Notes: generated from the letters alone by a model not told the origin. DNA of 48,800 nucleotides from an uncultured bacterium (GCA_964010765.1 CAXGMD010000016.1:1-48800); one strand, 5' to 3'; positions 19,609 through 30,502 are shown, counted from the stretch's first letter. Translations and numbers: made by a program.

Positions 19609-19941
19609 TCATTCCCAAGAATCAAAGACTAGCTTAGGCATAGGTGGGGGTGGTGCTTTCAAATCCATACCATGAAACTCTGCTGCTTTTTGCTTCATTT
19701 CCTCAGGCATTGATTCCATCATCTTTGCCCAACTAGCCAGCGGGTCTCTGCCCTCTAGGGTAATGATGACAAAGTCGCCGCCTGGAGTTTCCTGCAGAAA
19801 AGATCTCTCGTGTACTCCTACCTCATCCCGAACTCGGACAGTTTCAGCCCGACCAGGGCCATTAAAACCTTGGTCCAGAAACTTTTGCCACTCCTCTTTT
19901 TTGCCCGGTAAGATCGGTAATGCCATTGCTATCATCGCCAT
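19609..19941 (-). CDS. Hypothetical protein (110 aa, probable dimeric alpha/beta barrel)
   Basis: GGAG upstream. PILPGK...ERSFLQETPGGD..I pattern. Confidence 0.75.
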   Translation of the reverse strand: MAMIAMALPILPGKKEEWQKFLDQGFNGPGRAETVRVRDEVGVHERSFLQETPGGDFVIITLEGRDPLASWAKMMESMPEEMKQKAAEFHGMDLKAPPPPMPKLVFDSWE

Positions 19942-20209
19942 TTTTAAACTCCATGATTTTTGATTTCAATGCGTAAAGCGGATCTCGCTTAGGTAAACCG
20001 CTAAGCGGAACATAGTGGCTTTGCTAAACCGTTGTTATCAACCAATTGGTAGTCTTCAGTCAAGACCAAACCCCATCTTTGATCATTAAAACATCGGAGA
20101 ACCTCTTTCCAAAAAGAGTGCTTGGTTTCGACTTCCGCTTTGCATCTAGTTCAGCTAACAATTCGCAGTTCTTCCAAATTTCTCGAATTCAATTCTAGGA
20201 GTGCAATCC

Positions 20210-21058
20210 ATGAAACTAGTACGCTATGGGGCCAAGGGTAAGGAACTACCAGGTATTATTGACAGTGATGGTAATCTGCGATCTCTAGCAGGTCTGGTCA
20301 ACGAGGGGAGTGAGCAATTTCTCTCAGACAAGGGCCTTGCCGAACTGAGTCGCATGAATCTTAGCAAACTTCCACTGGTTCCAGGCAAACCACGGTTTGG
20401 TTGTCCTGTTACCAATATCAGCAAGTTTGTTGCGATTGGCCTGAACTATACGGACCACGCCAAGGAGACCAACTCTCCGATTCCCAAGGAGCCGATCATT
20501 TTTATGAAGACGCTCAATTGTCTGCAGGGGCCCAATGATGACGTAATGATTCCTCGAGGATCAGTCAAAACAGATTGGGAAGTGGAGTTGGGAATCGTGA
20601 TCGGTAAGAAAACCCGCTACGTGACCCAAGATGACGCTCTGGATCACGTCGCAGGATATGTGCTGGTGAACGATGTCAGCGAGCGAGAGTACCAGATGGA
20701 GCGCGGTCCCCAGTGGGACAAAGGTAAGGGTTGTGACACCTTTGGTCCGGTAGGCCCCTATCTGGTGACCCGTGATGAAGTACCAGATCCACAGAGCTTA
20801 GAACTTTGGCTGGATGTCAACGGCAAGCGTATGCAGACAGGCAACACCAAAACGATGATCTTTCCTGTCAAGGAAATCATCAGCTATGTCAGCGAATTCA
20901 TGACCTTGTTTGCTGGTGATATCATTACTACCGGTACGCCTCCTGGAGTTGGTTCTGGCATGAAGCCGCAGGTTTTCCTAAAGGCTGGTGATGTGATGAC
21001 CCTGGGCATCAGTGGCTTGGGAGAGCAGCGACAGAAGGTTGTACCTTTCAAACTCTAA
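20210..21058 (+). CDS. Fumarylacetoacetate hydrolase family protein (ureidoglycolate lyase / 2,4-diketo-3-deoxy-sugar-acid hydrolase-like)
   Basis: ATG 20210 with AGGAG. AIGLNYTDH, DWEVELG, NDVSER, KGCDTFGP, TGTPPGVG. Confidence 0.9.
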   Translation: MKLVRYGAKGKELPGIIDSDGNLRSLAGLVNEGSEQFLSDKGLAELSRMNLSKLPLVPGKPRFGCPVTNISKFVAIGLNYTDHAKETNSPIPKEPIIFMKTLNCLQGPNDDVMIPRGSVKTDWEVELGIVIGKKTRYVTQDDALDHVAGYVLVNDVSEREYQMERGPQWDKGKGCDTFGPVGPYLVTRDEVPDPQSLELWLDVNGKRMQTGNTKTMIFPVKEIISYVSEFMTLFAGDIITTGTPPGVGSGMKPQVFLKAGDVMTLGISGLGEQRQKVVPFKL

Positions 21059-21080
21059 TAACTAAAAGACACAATCTATT

Positions 21081-21111
21081 CGACCAGCGAAGACAGAGAA
21101 TTCACTGGTCG
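21081..21111. terminator. Hairpin between convergent genes, probable terminator
   Basis: CGACCAGCGAA-N9-TTCACTGGTCG: 11-bp stem with one G.U on the minus strand. Confidence 0.55.
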
Positions 21112-21191
21112 GGATTTTACCAAAATATGGAGCGCCTATTTTTGAAAAATAAAATTAGCTAGAACCTAGATTTTTTTGGTCTTCGTGAAGC

Positions 21192-24136
21192 TCATTCAGT
21201 CGCTAAACCGTACTGCAGAATTTCTGCGTCTGTCATGTAGTGCATACTATCAGATGCGGCCGCATCCAGAGTGAAGAAATAAAAATTTCTTCCTTCCACG
21301 AATTCTATATCTTCATAGTAGCTCAGGTATGGATCATGTTGTGGATCATCCTGAGGCAAGTCCTTACCTTCTGCTCCGTCATCAGTAGCCCATGAATGAA
21401 CACCGATTTTGGCACCACTGACTACGATCCTCTGGTTGCCCGCAAGAAAATAATCAACCCCTTCAGATGCTATCATGCTGTTTGCTTCAACTCGTGTATT
21501 GAAACCTGCCTTATGAAGTGCTCGTCCCACTGATAAATTCACATTATCGTTCCCAGAACCTGGCACATCCATTAGCACGATTTCTCTCACACTTGGATAA
21601 TTACTTTGTAGCTCCTGAAACTTAGTAAGAGAATCATCCAGCAATACTCCATACATTTTTGCTTGGGTACCATTGATCACATAGCAAACTGGCTCATCAT
21701 TCTGTCCAGCCTGCTCACAAATGGATTCGCTGGCAGCCCCAATCACCCCGCTGTTGTTGTTCTCAGTCTCTAAAGTGCCATCTCCATTTTCAGCAACTGT
21801 ACTTAGATCTGTGAGTACCCCATTTCCATTAGCATCCTCACCGTACATTACATATTGGAAAGTGACAGATTCACCAAATTCATCCGCCAACTCTAATAGT
21901 TCTAGCTTAAACTCTGGAACTTGCGTTACCTCAACTACTTCGCTGACTTCAAACCACTCTTCACCAGTTTCAAGATCATTTAAGTTAAAAGCGTAGGTAA
22001 AGAATTGAAGCTTATCGTTAGGCTTAAAAGTTTCTGTTGTCTTGTCGATCAGAATATATCCTTCTTCATCATCTTCATCCCGGAACTGAAGTTTGTAGGT
22101 TTGAATGCCATATTGGGTAACTTCACTGCTCTCATTGACCACCAATCTGAGCAACGCGTAGTCTGCGGGAAAATCATAACCCAGTGCTTCATAGTCCTTT
22201 TCCGAATCGTAGTAATCAATCTCCCCAACATACACACTGTAAGTCTGTCCATTTTCTTGGTATTGATCTTCAAAGTAGAGAGGCATGAAGATTGATTCAT
22301 CAGCGTTCACTTTGATGGTATACCAGCGCTGGTCCCACTCTGGAGTGAAGTACTGGCCTTCTGCCTGAGTCGGATAAGCATTCAGTTCCGCAATTACAGA
22401 AAAGTAAGTTCCTTCCTCATACTCTTCTGAAATCCCATAGATCGTTCTCACCAAACTTAGGTTAGGATCTTCAAAAGTTGCCAAAGCTCCCTCTGTTGCT
22501 CCACTCACACAACTTCGGGCATTTCGATTAGTTTTCACTTTAACAGTATTGCGCCGATCTCCGATCAGGAAAGGTAAGTATCGTGCTGCCCGATTACTTC
22601 GCTCTGTAGAAAGTTCATCCTCACAAAAAATAGATGAGTCTCCTTGCGCAGTAGGCTCTCCTTCTGAAGCAGCGCCTTCTTCTGCAGCCCAACTAGTGTC
22701 CCATTCTTCATCCCAATTTTCTAAGTCAAAACTTACATTGGCAGCATTAGTCTCTGTTACATAATTGGCCACTATGGGCGCTGTTGTATCAGAAGCTTTC
22801 GCTGTACTGTAAACTTTAGCAAAATTGACCCAGTTTTCACTAACTCTCAGTGAGTTGTAATAATCCGTCAGGGCCCCAATTGGCTTTACTGCATTTTCAG
22901 GAGCATCAATCGCAACTCCCCATGAGTTAGGGCGAGTACCATCTTCTTTGCTATAGACAACATAATCGTCAATCGCAGCAATCAATGCTGCTAGGCGGCT
23001 CTTTTGATCATCTCCAGTCACTCTCTGTTGAGTCAGATGGCTCATATGCTTCAAATCAACAGAGGAGCGGGTACCTGATTGAGCTGATTTCCCGTATGCT
23101 TGGGTTTTTGATGTACTATTGTTTAGAGCACTGATAACTATTGGATCACTTCCCTGCAGTTGCTCTGTTAAATTCTCTAGCACTGCATCTAAGTGATTGA
23201 CCACATCTTCGTATTTGCTTAGGTCCACCACAGAAAGTGTCTTGCCTGAATCTTCGTAAGGATGAGAATCTTTGGCGACAAAGTTATCAATTATACTTTT
23301 GGCTGCTGCTGTGGCGTTGTCTGCAGCAGCGTAGGCTTCTAAAGCATGTTTCCAATTCCAGCCATGACCAGGTTCTAGTTCTTCAGAAGCCAGCAAAAAA
23401 TTTGCTTTACTTCTAACAACTTTTGCCACCTCCAAAGTCGCCATTAAGCAAGAGTCAAAGCCAATCACATTGTAAGTTTGGGTAGTGGTAGCCAATGAAT
23501 CCTCAATTTCTTTAAGTTGCAAAGGATCATTGTTGAAGTTTTCATCATTTCCAAAGCCCTCAAGATTGGCCCCGTGGTCCCAAAATACGAGCATTCTCTG
23601 ATCAAAATTGGTGTATGAATCCAAAAACTTGAGAAAAAACTTCAAGGAACTTGCATCACCCATATGGGCTTGAGGAGCTGCATAAAGGTACTCGCTTTCA
23701 GACTCATTGCTAAAAGCACCATCCAAAGAATCGTTTCGAATCTGGTCTAGATTGGCAAACCACATTCCTTTCCAGTTAGAAGCTCCTCCAAAGGCAACTA
23801 TTACTTCCAAATTATCTAATTCTGCACCTGTAGCAGCCACCATTTCTTTAAAGTCGGTCGTGCCTGCTCCATTATTCCCCTCCAAATCGCTACCCACCAT
23901 GTAGACTGCAAGTAATTTTTTACCTGTACCGTCAACCGCAAATGGTACTAGTGGGGCGAGTGCACCTGTGCCAGATGCAAACCCCTTCAAACCAGCTCTG
24001 GGCTGGACTGTAACTGTATTGGGTTTAGTCGCTTTTGTTCTCGATTCACCACTACTATCACCTCCACTACAGCCTGATAAAATCAACAGTAGCCAAGAGA
24101 GACCGCAGAGTAATTGGATTTTTTTGGTATTTTCAT
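21192..24136 (-). CDS. Clostripain-family (C11) cysteine peptidase lipoprotein with a C-terminal COG3904/ClpP-crotonase-like domain; probable 1-nt frameshift near the start
   Basis: VYMVGSDLE, FWDHG (His), GFDSCLM (Cys), ASEELEPGHGW, TLSVVDL. Lipobox LSGC. C-terminal VPGS..D, IASEGVD.FLAG, GVHSW. ATG 24136 is out of frame by one base at an A7 run. Confidence 0.85.
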
Positions 24137-24178
24137 GGCTTACTTCAGACTTAGTATTATCTGCTTTTATCAAAATAA

Positions 24179-25219
24179 TTAAAAATAACTGATGTCGCTT
24201 AGAGTAACAGATCGAAAGCGATAATCTGCGATGGGCATTTTACTTGTTGGGAATGCGTATTCGGAATTATTTATTAAATTATATACCGTTGGATCTTGCT
24301 CTTGCAATTTGGACTTCGTGTGCGGGCACCATTCAGTCTGAGCTTTCTGGCGTCCAGCTTCGGAAGCATGCATGCCAAAATTAGAACTGACTGCCCAATA
24401 AATATATTCTGTAATCATACTTGCATAATCGGCAGTGTTGTCCTCATAAAAATACCATGCGTTTGTTGAACCACCTACCTTACCTGCATTAGCACAATCA
24501 GTATTGTTATAAGTCCAAGTACCATTTTTAATCTGAGTTTGTCGACCACCTCTAGCGACATCCATTGCCTTAGCAAGTAACGACTCTGATTCATTAGACT
24601 CGCCAAATGTCTCAGGATATACTTTAGAGTATCCAAATTGAGTAATTAAATGAAATATCTCTTCTACGCTAGCGTCATGTTGATCCTCTGACTCATAGTT
24701 AACAGTTGTTTCAAAAGCACCAAGTCCTGTGCTATTAATCTTTAAACCCAACATTTCCAAGGTTTCCATTGATATTTCTGACTCATCTTCATTATACATT
24801 GAAACAAAAGCCTCTAACTCATTTAGTTTCTTCACAACACAAGAATTGTCGGTTTCTCCGTTTTCATCGTTATCAATAAGTTCTGCTAGAATATTGGCTG
24901 CATGTATCAATTTGTCTTCACTAACTCCAGTTGTGGCCAAAATATTTATACCAAAAACATTTATTCCTTTAGTAAATCCAGCTGATTTTGCAGCAGCAAA
25001 AGTCATCTTACTATCAGATGAAAAAATCACATTTGAAGCAGGAATACTTTCATAAATACAACTAGAGGAAACAACATCTTCTCCTTCATTTGTTCCAGAG
25101 TCTCCGCTACCAATAGTTGTGTTGTCGCTGCTGCCACTACCCCCACTGCTACAGCTTGATAAGATCAAAAGTAATGAAGAGAGATAGCAAAGGAACTGAA
25201 GTCTTTTTATGATTTTCAT
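24179..25219 (-). CDS. Lipoprotein of unknown function, zincin-like (EExxH)
   Basis: ATG 25219, lipobox LSSC, Ser/Gly linker, DASVEEIFHLIT and TEYIYWA motifs. Confidence 0.75.
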   Translation of the reverse strand: MKIIKRLQFLCYLSSLLLILSSCSSGGSGSSDNTTIGSGDSGTNEGEDVVSSSCIYESIPASNVIFSSDSKMTFAAAKSAGFTKGINVFGINILATTGVSEDKLIHAANILAELIDNDENGETDNSCVVKKLNELEAFVSMYNEDESEISMETLEMLGLKINSTGLGAFETTVNYESEDQHDASVEEIFHLITQFGYSKVYPETFGESNESESLLAKAMDVARGGRQTQIKNGTWTYNNTDCANAGKVGGSTNAWYFYEDNTADYASMITEYIYWAVSSNFGMHASEAGRQKAQTEWCPHTKSKLQEQDPTVYNLINNSEYAFPTSKMPIADYRFRSVTLSDISYF

Positions 25220-25385
25220 GGTCCCTTCAGACAATGATTGGGGGTAGAGCAAATTATTTTGCAAAACAACTGTTGCCGAGCTTTGTGTTTTTTCATGAAG
25301 TGGCAAGCCTTATTTTACTGAAATTCCTATACTTTCCAAAAATGGAAATTTTTTTGGCTATACAGTTCCATAAGGCCGACAGCTC

Positions 25386-25916
25386 TCAACGAATAAACTG
25401 CTCTACGTAATCTTCTCCCAAGCCAACTGCCGCGTAATGTTCACGACACTTGGCAATTCGAGTGAAGACATCGTCGAAGCCTGTGCTGTTTCCATCCGGA
25501 TCACAGTAGATCATGGCGCCATTGACCTGAAAGAGAGTAATCATCTCCTCTACATCTGGATCGACCACAAGCGTGTGTGTTTCTCCAGGTGCCTCGTAGA
25601 CATAACCTCCTTCTTCCGCAACCCAGTCGTGTTCCAGGTAGCGCCAACGACCTTTCAGTACATACCCATGAACTGGTTGAGGATGACGGTGGCGGGAAAG
25701 CACACCCGCCTTGCGAACACGCAGGAGATTCATCCAGTAGCCCTGAGCTGCAGACAAACAGAGTGGTCGGAACCACACGTTTTCTTCCAGAGGAACCCAG
25801 ACTCTCTCATCACTGGGAATCACACTGGGAATCACTAACTCAGGCGGAGATTCCTTGGGCATTGCGTGTCGGTAAGGTTGCCATTTTTCAGAAGCAAGCG
25901 GATTTCTTTTTGTCAT
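25386..25916 (-). CDS. dad: 2,4'-dihydroxyacetophenone dioxygenase family cupin
   Basis: VWVP...VWFRPL, LSRHRHP, WRYLEHDW, YEAPGETHTL: Dad-type cupin metal motifs. Confidence 0.82.
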   Translation of the reverse strand: MTKRNPLASEKWQPYRHAMPKESPPELVIPSVIPSDERVWVPLEENVWFRPLCLSAAQGYWMNLLRVRKAGVLSRHRHPQPVHGYVLKGRWRYLEHDWVAEEGGYVYEAPGETHTLVVDPDVEEMITLFQVNGAMIYCDPDGNSTGFDDVFTRIAKCREHYAAVGLGEDYVEQFIR

Positions 25917-25940
25917 TACTAACTCCGAATGGGAATTGGA

Positions 25941-26666
25941 TCAGGTAATCAGATAGCCACCGTCCACGGGCAGCACTACTCCAGTAACAAAGCGAGCTGC
26001 GTCACTCGCCAGAAAAAGGACTGGCCCCGCAACATCTGCTGGCTCTCCCCAACGACCCAGTGGTGTGCGCGAGAGGATAGCCTCTGAGCGCGTACGGTCT
26101 TCCTGTAGAGCTTGGGTGAGTTGGGTAGCAATCCAACCGGGCGCTACTGCGTTGACTCGGATTCCATCAGGCGCATACGCAATTGCCAAGCTCTTAGTCA
26201 GCTGAGCAATCCCTCCCTTGCTTGCGCTGTATCCTGGCACCAAGCCTCCACCAAAAAAACTGAGCATCGATGCTGTGTTGATGATGCAGCCCTTGCGTTG
26301 CTTCAGCTTCTCTCGAGCCGCATTACAGACTCTCATGCTGCCGTTGAGATTAATATCAATCACATCTGCAAAAACCTCTGGCTCATGCTCCGCGTTACGG
26401 CGAATCACTCCGGCACAGTTGACCAGCACATCCAATGAATCAATCTCATCAATACAGGCTTGAACAGCAATCCCATCTCGGACATCCAATTCCTGAAAGC
26501 TGATTGCAGTTGATTCTGACTGAACCTGAGCACGTTCCACCTCCTCCTTCGTTGCCCCCGTTGCGATTACTAGATCTCCGTTTGACGCAAATACTTGGGC
26601 AATGGCAGCTCCGATTCCACTGCTGCCTCCAGTCACTAAAACCTTTCGCTTGTTGCGATGACTCAT
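25941..26666 (-). CDS. SDR family oxidoreductase
   Basis: TGGSSGIG, NCAG, YSASKGG, RVNAVAPG, VDGGY. Confidence 0.92.
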   Translation of the reverse strand: MSHRNKRKVLVTGGSSGIGAAIAQVFASNGDLVIATGATKEEVERAQVQSESTAISFQELDVRDGIAVQACIDEIDSLDVLVNCAGVIRRNAEHEPEVFADVIDINLNGSMRVCNAAREKLKQRKGCIINTASMLSFFGGGLVPGYSASKGGIAQLTKSLAIAYAPDGIRVNAVAPGWIATQLTQALQEDRTRSEAILSRTPLGRWGEPADVAGPVLFLASDAARFVTGVVLPVDGGYLIT

Positions 26667-26790
26667 CGATACACCTATGAATTTTCAGGAGGAATTTCAT
26701 TGGTAAGGCAGGCAACTGCTGCAATCCAAATTTTGTAGTAGTGGAGCAGCAGCTCTGTAAAATCGGTAAGAATTGATGGCTGAAATTGAC

Positions 26791-27753
26791 TCAGGACTTC
26801 AGCGCACGTAGTAGGGCCTCTGTCCTACGAGCCAAGATGCTCTGGCTCAGCGCAGCTTCAGGAGCAAAAACCTCCGAGGCATGATAGGCGCCAGGATAGA
26901 CATGAAGTTCCGTCGGCACACCGGCCTGGATCAATCGAGCCGCAAACTGAATGTCTTCATCCCGAAAAAGATCCAGTTCGCCAACATCAATGAAGGTTGG
27001 TGGCAAGCCTGCAAGGTTTTCAGCTCGTGCGGGTGCAGCGTAATTATCTGCTGACTTTCCTCCCAGGTACCATTGCCAAGCCTCAACATTCCCTTCACGA
27101 TCCCAGACCCCTACGTCCATGATTTCGTAACTGGAAGGGGTCTCATTCCGATCATCAATCATTGGGTACAGTGGCATCTGAAAGCAGATTCGAGGGAAGC
27201 CCTTGTCCCGGGCCATCATCGTGGTGGCGATCGTGAGCCCACCCCCTGCACTGCCACCAACCACAGCTAGTCGATCCACATCAAAAGCCAATTCGTCTGC
27301 ATTCTGTGCCATCCACTTGAGTGCGGCATAGCAGTCCTGCGCAGGAGCTGGATGTGGGTATTCAGGAGCCAGCCGATATTCCACTGAAACCACCACTGTC
27401 TGAATTACTTCGCACAACTCAGCAGCTTTCTGGCCCTCGCCCTCCACAGAACCCATGATCATCCCACCACCATGAATGAAGAAGATACCCGGCAACACAC
27501 CGGAAGCAGCTTTCGGGCGATAGATTCTCAACCCCACCGGAGGTGCGTCCTCTGGGCCTGGGATCTCACGATCCTCCGTGACCACGTTTTCATTCGGTGG
27601 CTGGTCCTTAGCCCATTTTTGCTGTTGTTCTTCCAGTTTTTGTCGTCTTTCACGAATATCCTTGATGGCATTGAAACCTCCGGGAGTCTCTGCAAGCATC
27701 TCATCTAGCGGTCCACGAGACTCAGTATCGATTCGATCTCGGATATCCACCAT
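26791..27753 (-). CDS. HSL-family alpha/beta hydrolase (esterase)
   Basis: HGGG oxyanion motif, YRLAPE, GGSAGG nucleophile, DLFRDE, GAYH. Confidence 0.92.
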   Translation of the reverse strand: MVDIRDRIDTESRGPLDEMLAETPGGFNAIKDIRERRQKLEEQQQKWAKDQPPNENVVTEDREIPGPEDAPPVGLRIYRPKAASGVLPGIFFIHGGGMIMGSVEGEGQKAAELCEVIQTVVVSVEYRLAPEYPHPAPAQDCYAALKWMAQNADELAFDVDRLAVVGGSAGGGLTIATTMMARDKGFPRICFQMPLYPMIDDRNETPSSYEIMDVGVWDREGNVEAWQWYLGGKSADNYAAPARAENLAGLPPTFIDVGELDLFRDEDIQFAARLIQAGVPTELHVYPGAYHASEVFAPEAALSQSILARRTEALLRALKS

Positions 27754-27806
27754 TCCTCAAGCCTTTGGAAAAAATTGATCAGCAGTGAACAGGTTGCAGT
27801 AAATTT

Positions 27807-29246
27807 CTACATAACCCAGGGCATTGAGAAAGTCTTCAGGTTCGTGTAGCTTTTCATCGCCTCAATCACCCCCTCCTTATAGCCCAATCCTGAGTCCTTG
27901 ATACCTCCGAATGGCGACATTTCAATGCGATAGCCCGGGACCTCCCAGATATTAACAGTTCCATGATTGAGTTCAGCAATGAAGCGAGTGATGTAGTCCA
28001 ATAGATTTGTGCAGACTCCTGAGGAAAGACCAAAAGCCGTCCCATTGGCCACCCGAATTGCCTCGTCAATGTCCTGAATCCGAATGATAGGAATCGCAGG
28101 CCCAAAAGTCTCCCGCATTACCAACTCACAGTCCCAGGGGACATGATCAACAACCGTGGGAGGAAACACTGCTCCCTGGCGATTGTTTCCGTGCAACAAC
28201 TTGGCACCTACAGCGACCGCTTCTTCCACTCGACGCTGAAACAAAATGGCTGATTGCTCGTTGATCACCGTTCCAACATCCGTCTGTGGATCCATCGGGT
28301 CACCGTATTTGAGCTCCTTGGCTTTCTCGGTTACCAGCCTCACAAAGTCATCGGCAATCGAATCAATCACAAGAATACGTTTGACTGCCGTGCAACGCTG
28401 CCCCGAGTTCTTGGTCGCTCCCGCAACAGCCAAGGTCGCTGCACGGTCTAAGTCCGCATCTTCCATCACGATCAGAGGGGAGTTACCACCTAGTTCCAGC
28501 ACGGTGCGACGGTAGCCAGCCTTCTCGGCGATCATCTTCCCAACTCGTACGCTACCCGTGAAAGTAACTAGGTCAATGAGTGGGTTACAGATCATCTCGT
28601 AGCCAATATCTTCAGGTCGCCCAGTGACCACCTGAAACATCTCCGGAGGAAGACCTGCTTCATAGAGCACATCGGCTAGTAGCAAAGCCGTCATGGGTGT
28701 CAGTTCTGTCGGTTTGCAGACCATCCGATTGTTGGTGGCAATGCTGGGCGCAATCTTGTGGGCCACCATGTTCAGCGGATGGTTGAACGGAGTGATAGCG
28801 CTGATCACACCTTGCAGAGGTTCTCGCTGGGTGAAGATTTTTCGCTGCTGCCCATGTGGTGTTAGGTCACAGGAGAAGATCTGGCCGTCATCAAGGATGC
28901 AGAGTTGGCCAGCAAGACTGAAGACATCGAAGGCACGTCCCACCTCGTACAGTGAGTCTTTCTTTGAAAGTCCAGCCTCTGCCGTGATCAGGTCTGAAAT
29001 TTCCTCTCGCCTGCTCACCAACAGATCCGCTGTCTTGGTCAGGATTTGCTGACGCTCGTAACGAGTCAGCTTGGGCTTGAAGTTCTTGGCGATCTGTAGC
29101 GTCTGCTGAACCTGCTCCCTGGAAGCGCGAGGAACCGTGCCCACGACTTCATTGTTGTAAGGATTGAAGACTTCTAACGATCCAGCATCACCTGAAACCT
29201 TCTGACCACCAATGCGCATCGTTTCACTGCGTTGTACTGCGGGCAT
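27807..29246 (-). CDS. phnY: Phosphonoacetaldehyde dehydrogenase
   Basis: ALDH motifs ([26 protein letters not shown]) plus FSCDLTPHG and [15 protein letters not shown]. Follows phnA. Confidence 0.93.
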   Translation of the reverse strand: MPAVQRSETMRIGGQKVSGDAGSLEVFNPYNNEVVGTVPRASREQVQQTLQIAKNFKPKLTRYERQQILTKTADLLVSRREEISDLITAEAGLSKKDSLYEVGRAFDVFSLAGQLCILDDGQIFSCDLTPHGQQRKIFTQREPLQGVISAITPFNHPLNMVAHKIAPSIATNNRMVCKPTELTPMTALLLADVLYEAGLPPEMFQVVTGRPEDIGYEMICNPLIDLVTFTGSVRVGKMIAEKAGYRRTVLELGGNSPLIVMEDADLDRAATLAVAGATKNSGQRCTAVKRILVIDSIADDFVRLVTEKAKELKYGDPMDPQTDVGTVINEQSAILFQRRVEEAVAVGAKLLHGNNRQGAVFPPTVVDHVPWDCELVMRETFGPAIPIIRIQDIDEAIRVANGTAFGLSSGVCTNLLDYITRFIAELNHGTVNIWEVPGYRIEMSPFGGIKDSGLGYKEGVIEAMKSYTNLKTFSMPWVM

Positions 29247-29260
29247 GAAATGTTTCCGCG

Positions 29261-30502
29261 CTAGGATGCGTAATTCAGGGCCAGGTCGAAGAGATCATAA
29301 TTATGAAGCAAAGACCCTGATGCTTCCACTTGCTGACTAAAAACGAGTGGAACTTGACGATCGCAGACTCCTCCGTGTGACCGGAGGGGTTCCTTGAGTT
29401 GGCTCAAATCATGACGTTCCGGTGTTGTTCCCAAGACCTTGTTCGTGGTGGAAACGACAATCAGATCACCAAGGCGATCATTCGGCAAATCAAAGGCCAC
29501 ACATCCTTCGATGTTTGTATAAGCAGCCTCGATCCCTTCGACTTCAGCTAAGCGCCCAGCCAGTTCCTGGGCTTTTGCCGTATCAGCAAGATACACCGTA
29601 GCAAAGGATCCCAATGCTCCATGATGAACCACGTACGGATCAGTGATTGGCAGGATCACTCGGGCTTGTCCTACACCAAGCCACTCATCAAACAGGGACT
29701 GCAGGTACAGCACATCCGGCTCACCCGCCTGATTGAACTTGGCATTCATGCCATGATCGGCAGTCAACGCCAAAGCGGCTCCCTGTGCATGGAGTTCCTC
29801 CCAGTAGCGATCCATCATCGCGTAGAACTGATTGGCTACCGGTGTTCCAGGTGCGTGCTTGTGCTGAATGTAATCAGTGGTGGAGAGGTACATCAGGTCG
29901 GGCCGAAAAGAGCACATCAGCTTGACCCCCGCATCAAAAATAAACTCAGACAATTCTGCTGAATAGACGCTGGGAATTGGCTTGTTTACCATGCCCTGAG
30001 CGTTCTCGATACCGTTCTCAGCAAGTGTCGTCTCATTCGCTTTTTCCGAGGAGAAGCAGATTGCTCTTCCAGAAGTGTAGTCTAATCCATGACCCAGTAA
30101 TCGGCGCAGCTTATCCTTTGCCGTCACAATCGCGATCTTGGCCCCTGCCTCGTGAAATGCCTGAAAAAGTGTTCCTGTACGCAGAAACTTCGGGTCGTTC
30201 ATCATCACTTCCTGACCGGATTCAGGATCCAGAAAGAAGTTTCCAGAGATCCCGTGAACCTTCGGGGGCACCCCCGTGACAATCGAGAGATTGTTAGGAT
30301 TCGTAAAGCTGGGGACGACACTCTGTCCACGCAAGTCCGTACCAGATTCCAACATCTTTTGTGTGAAGGGCATATGGCCCCCTGCGATCGCTTCTTCAAT
30401 GTACTCCGGTTGGGACCCATCGATACAGACAGCCACCAGCGGTTGCTGGGGCCAGGCGTATTCTCTGCCGTTTACAGTCAGTGGTGAATTCATTGGGGTC
30501 AT
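29261..30502 (-). CDS. phnA: Phosphonoacetate hydrolase
   Basis: [56 protein letters not shown]. Confidence 0.95.
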   Translation of the reverse strand: MTPMNSPLTVNGREYAWPQQPLVAVCIDGSQPEYIEEAIAGGHMPFTQKMLESGTDLRGQSVVPSFTNPNNLSIVTGVPPKVHGISGNFFLDPESGQEVMMNDPKFLRTGTLFQAFHEAGAKIAIVTAKDKLRRLLGHGLDYTSGRAICFSSEKANETTLAENGIENAQGMVNKPIPSVYSAELSEFIFDAGVKLMCSFRPDLMYLSTTDYIQHKHAPGTPVANQFYAMMDRYWEELHAQGAALALTADHGMNAKFNQAGEPDVLYLQSLFDEWLGVGQARVILPITDPYVVHHGALGSFATVYLADTAKAQELAGRLAEVEGIEAAYTNIEGCVAFDLPNDRLGDLIVVSTTNKVLGTTPERHDLSQLKEPLRSHGGVCDRQVPLVFSQQVEASGSLLHNYDLFDLALNYAS

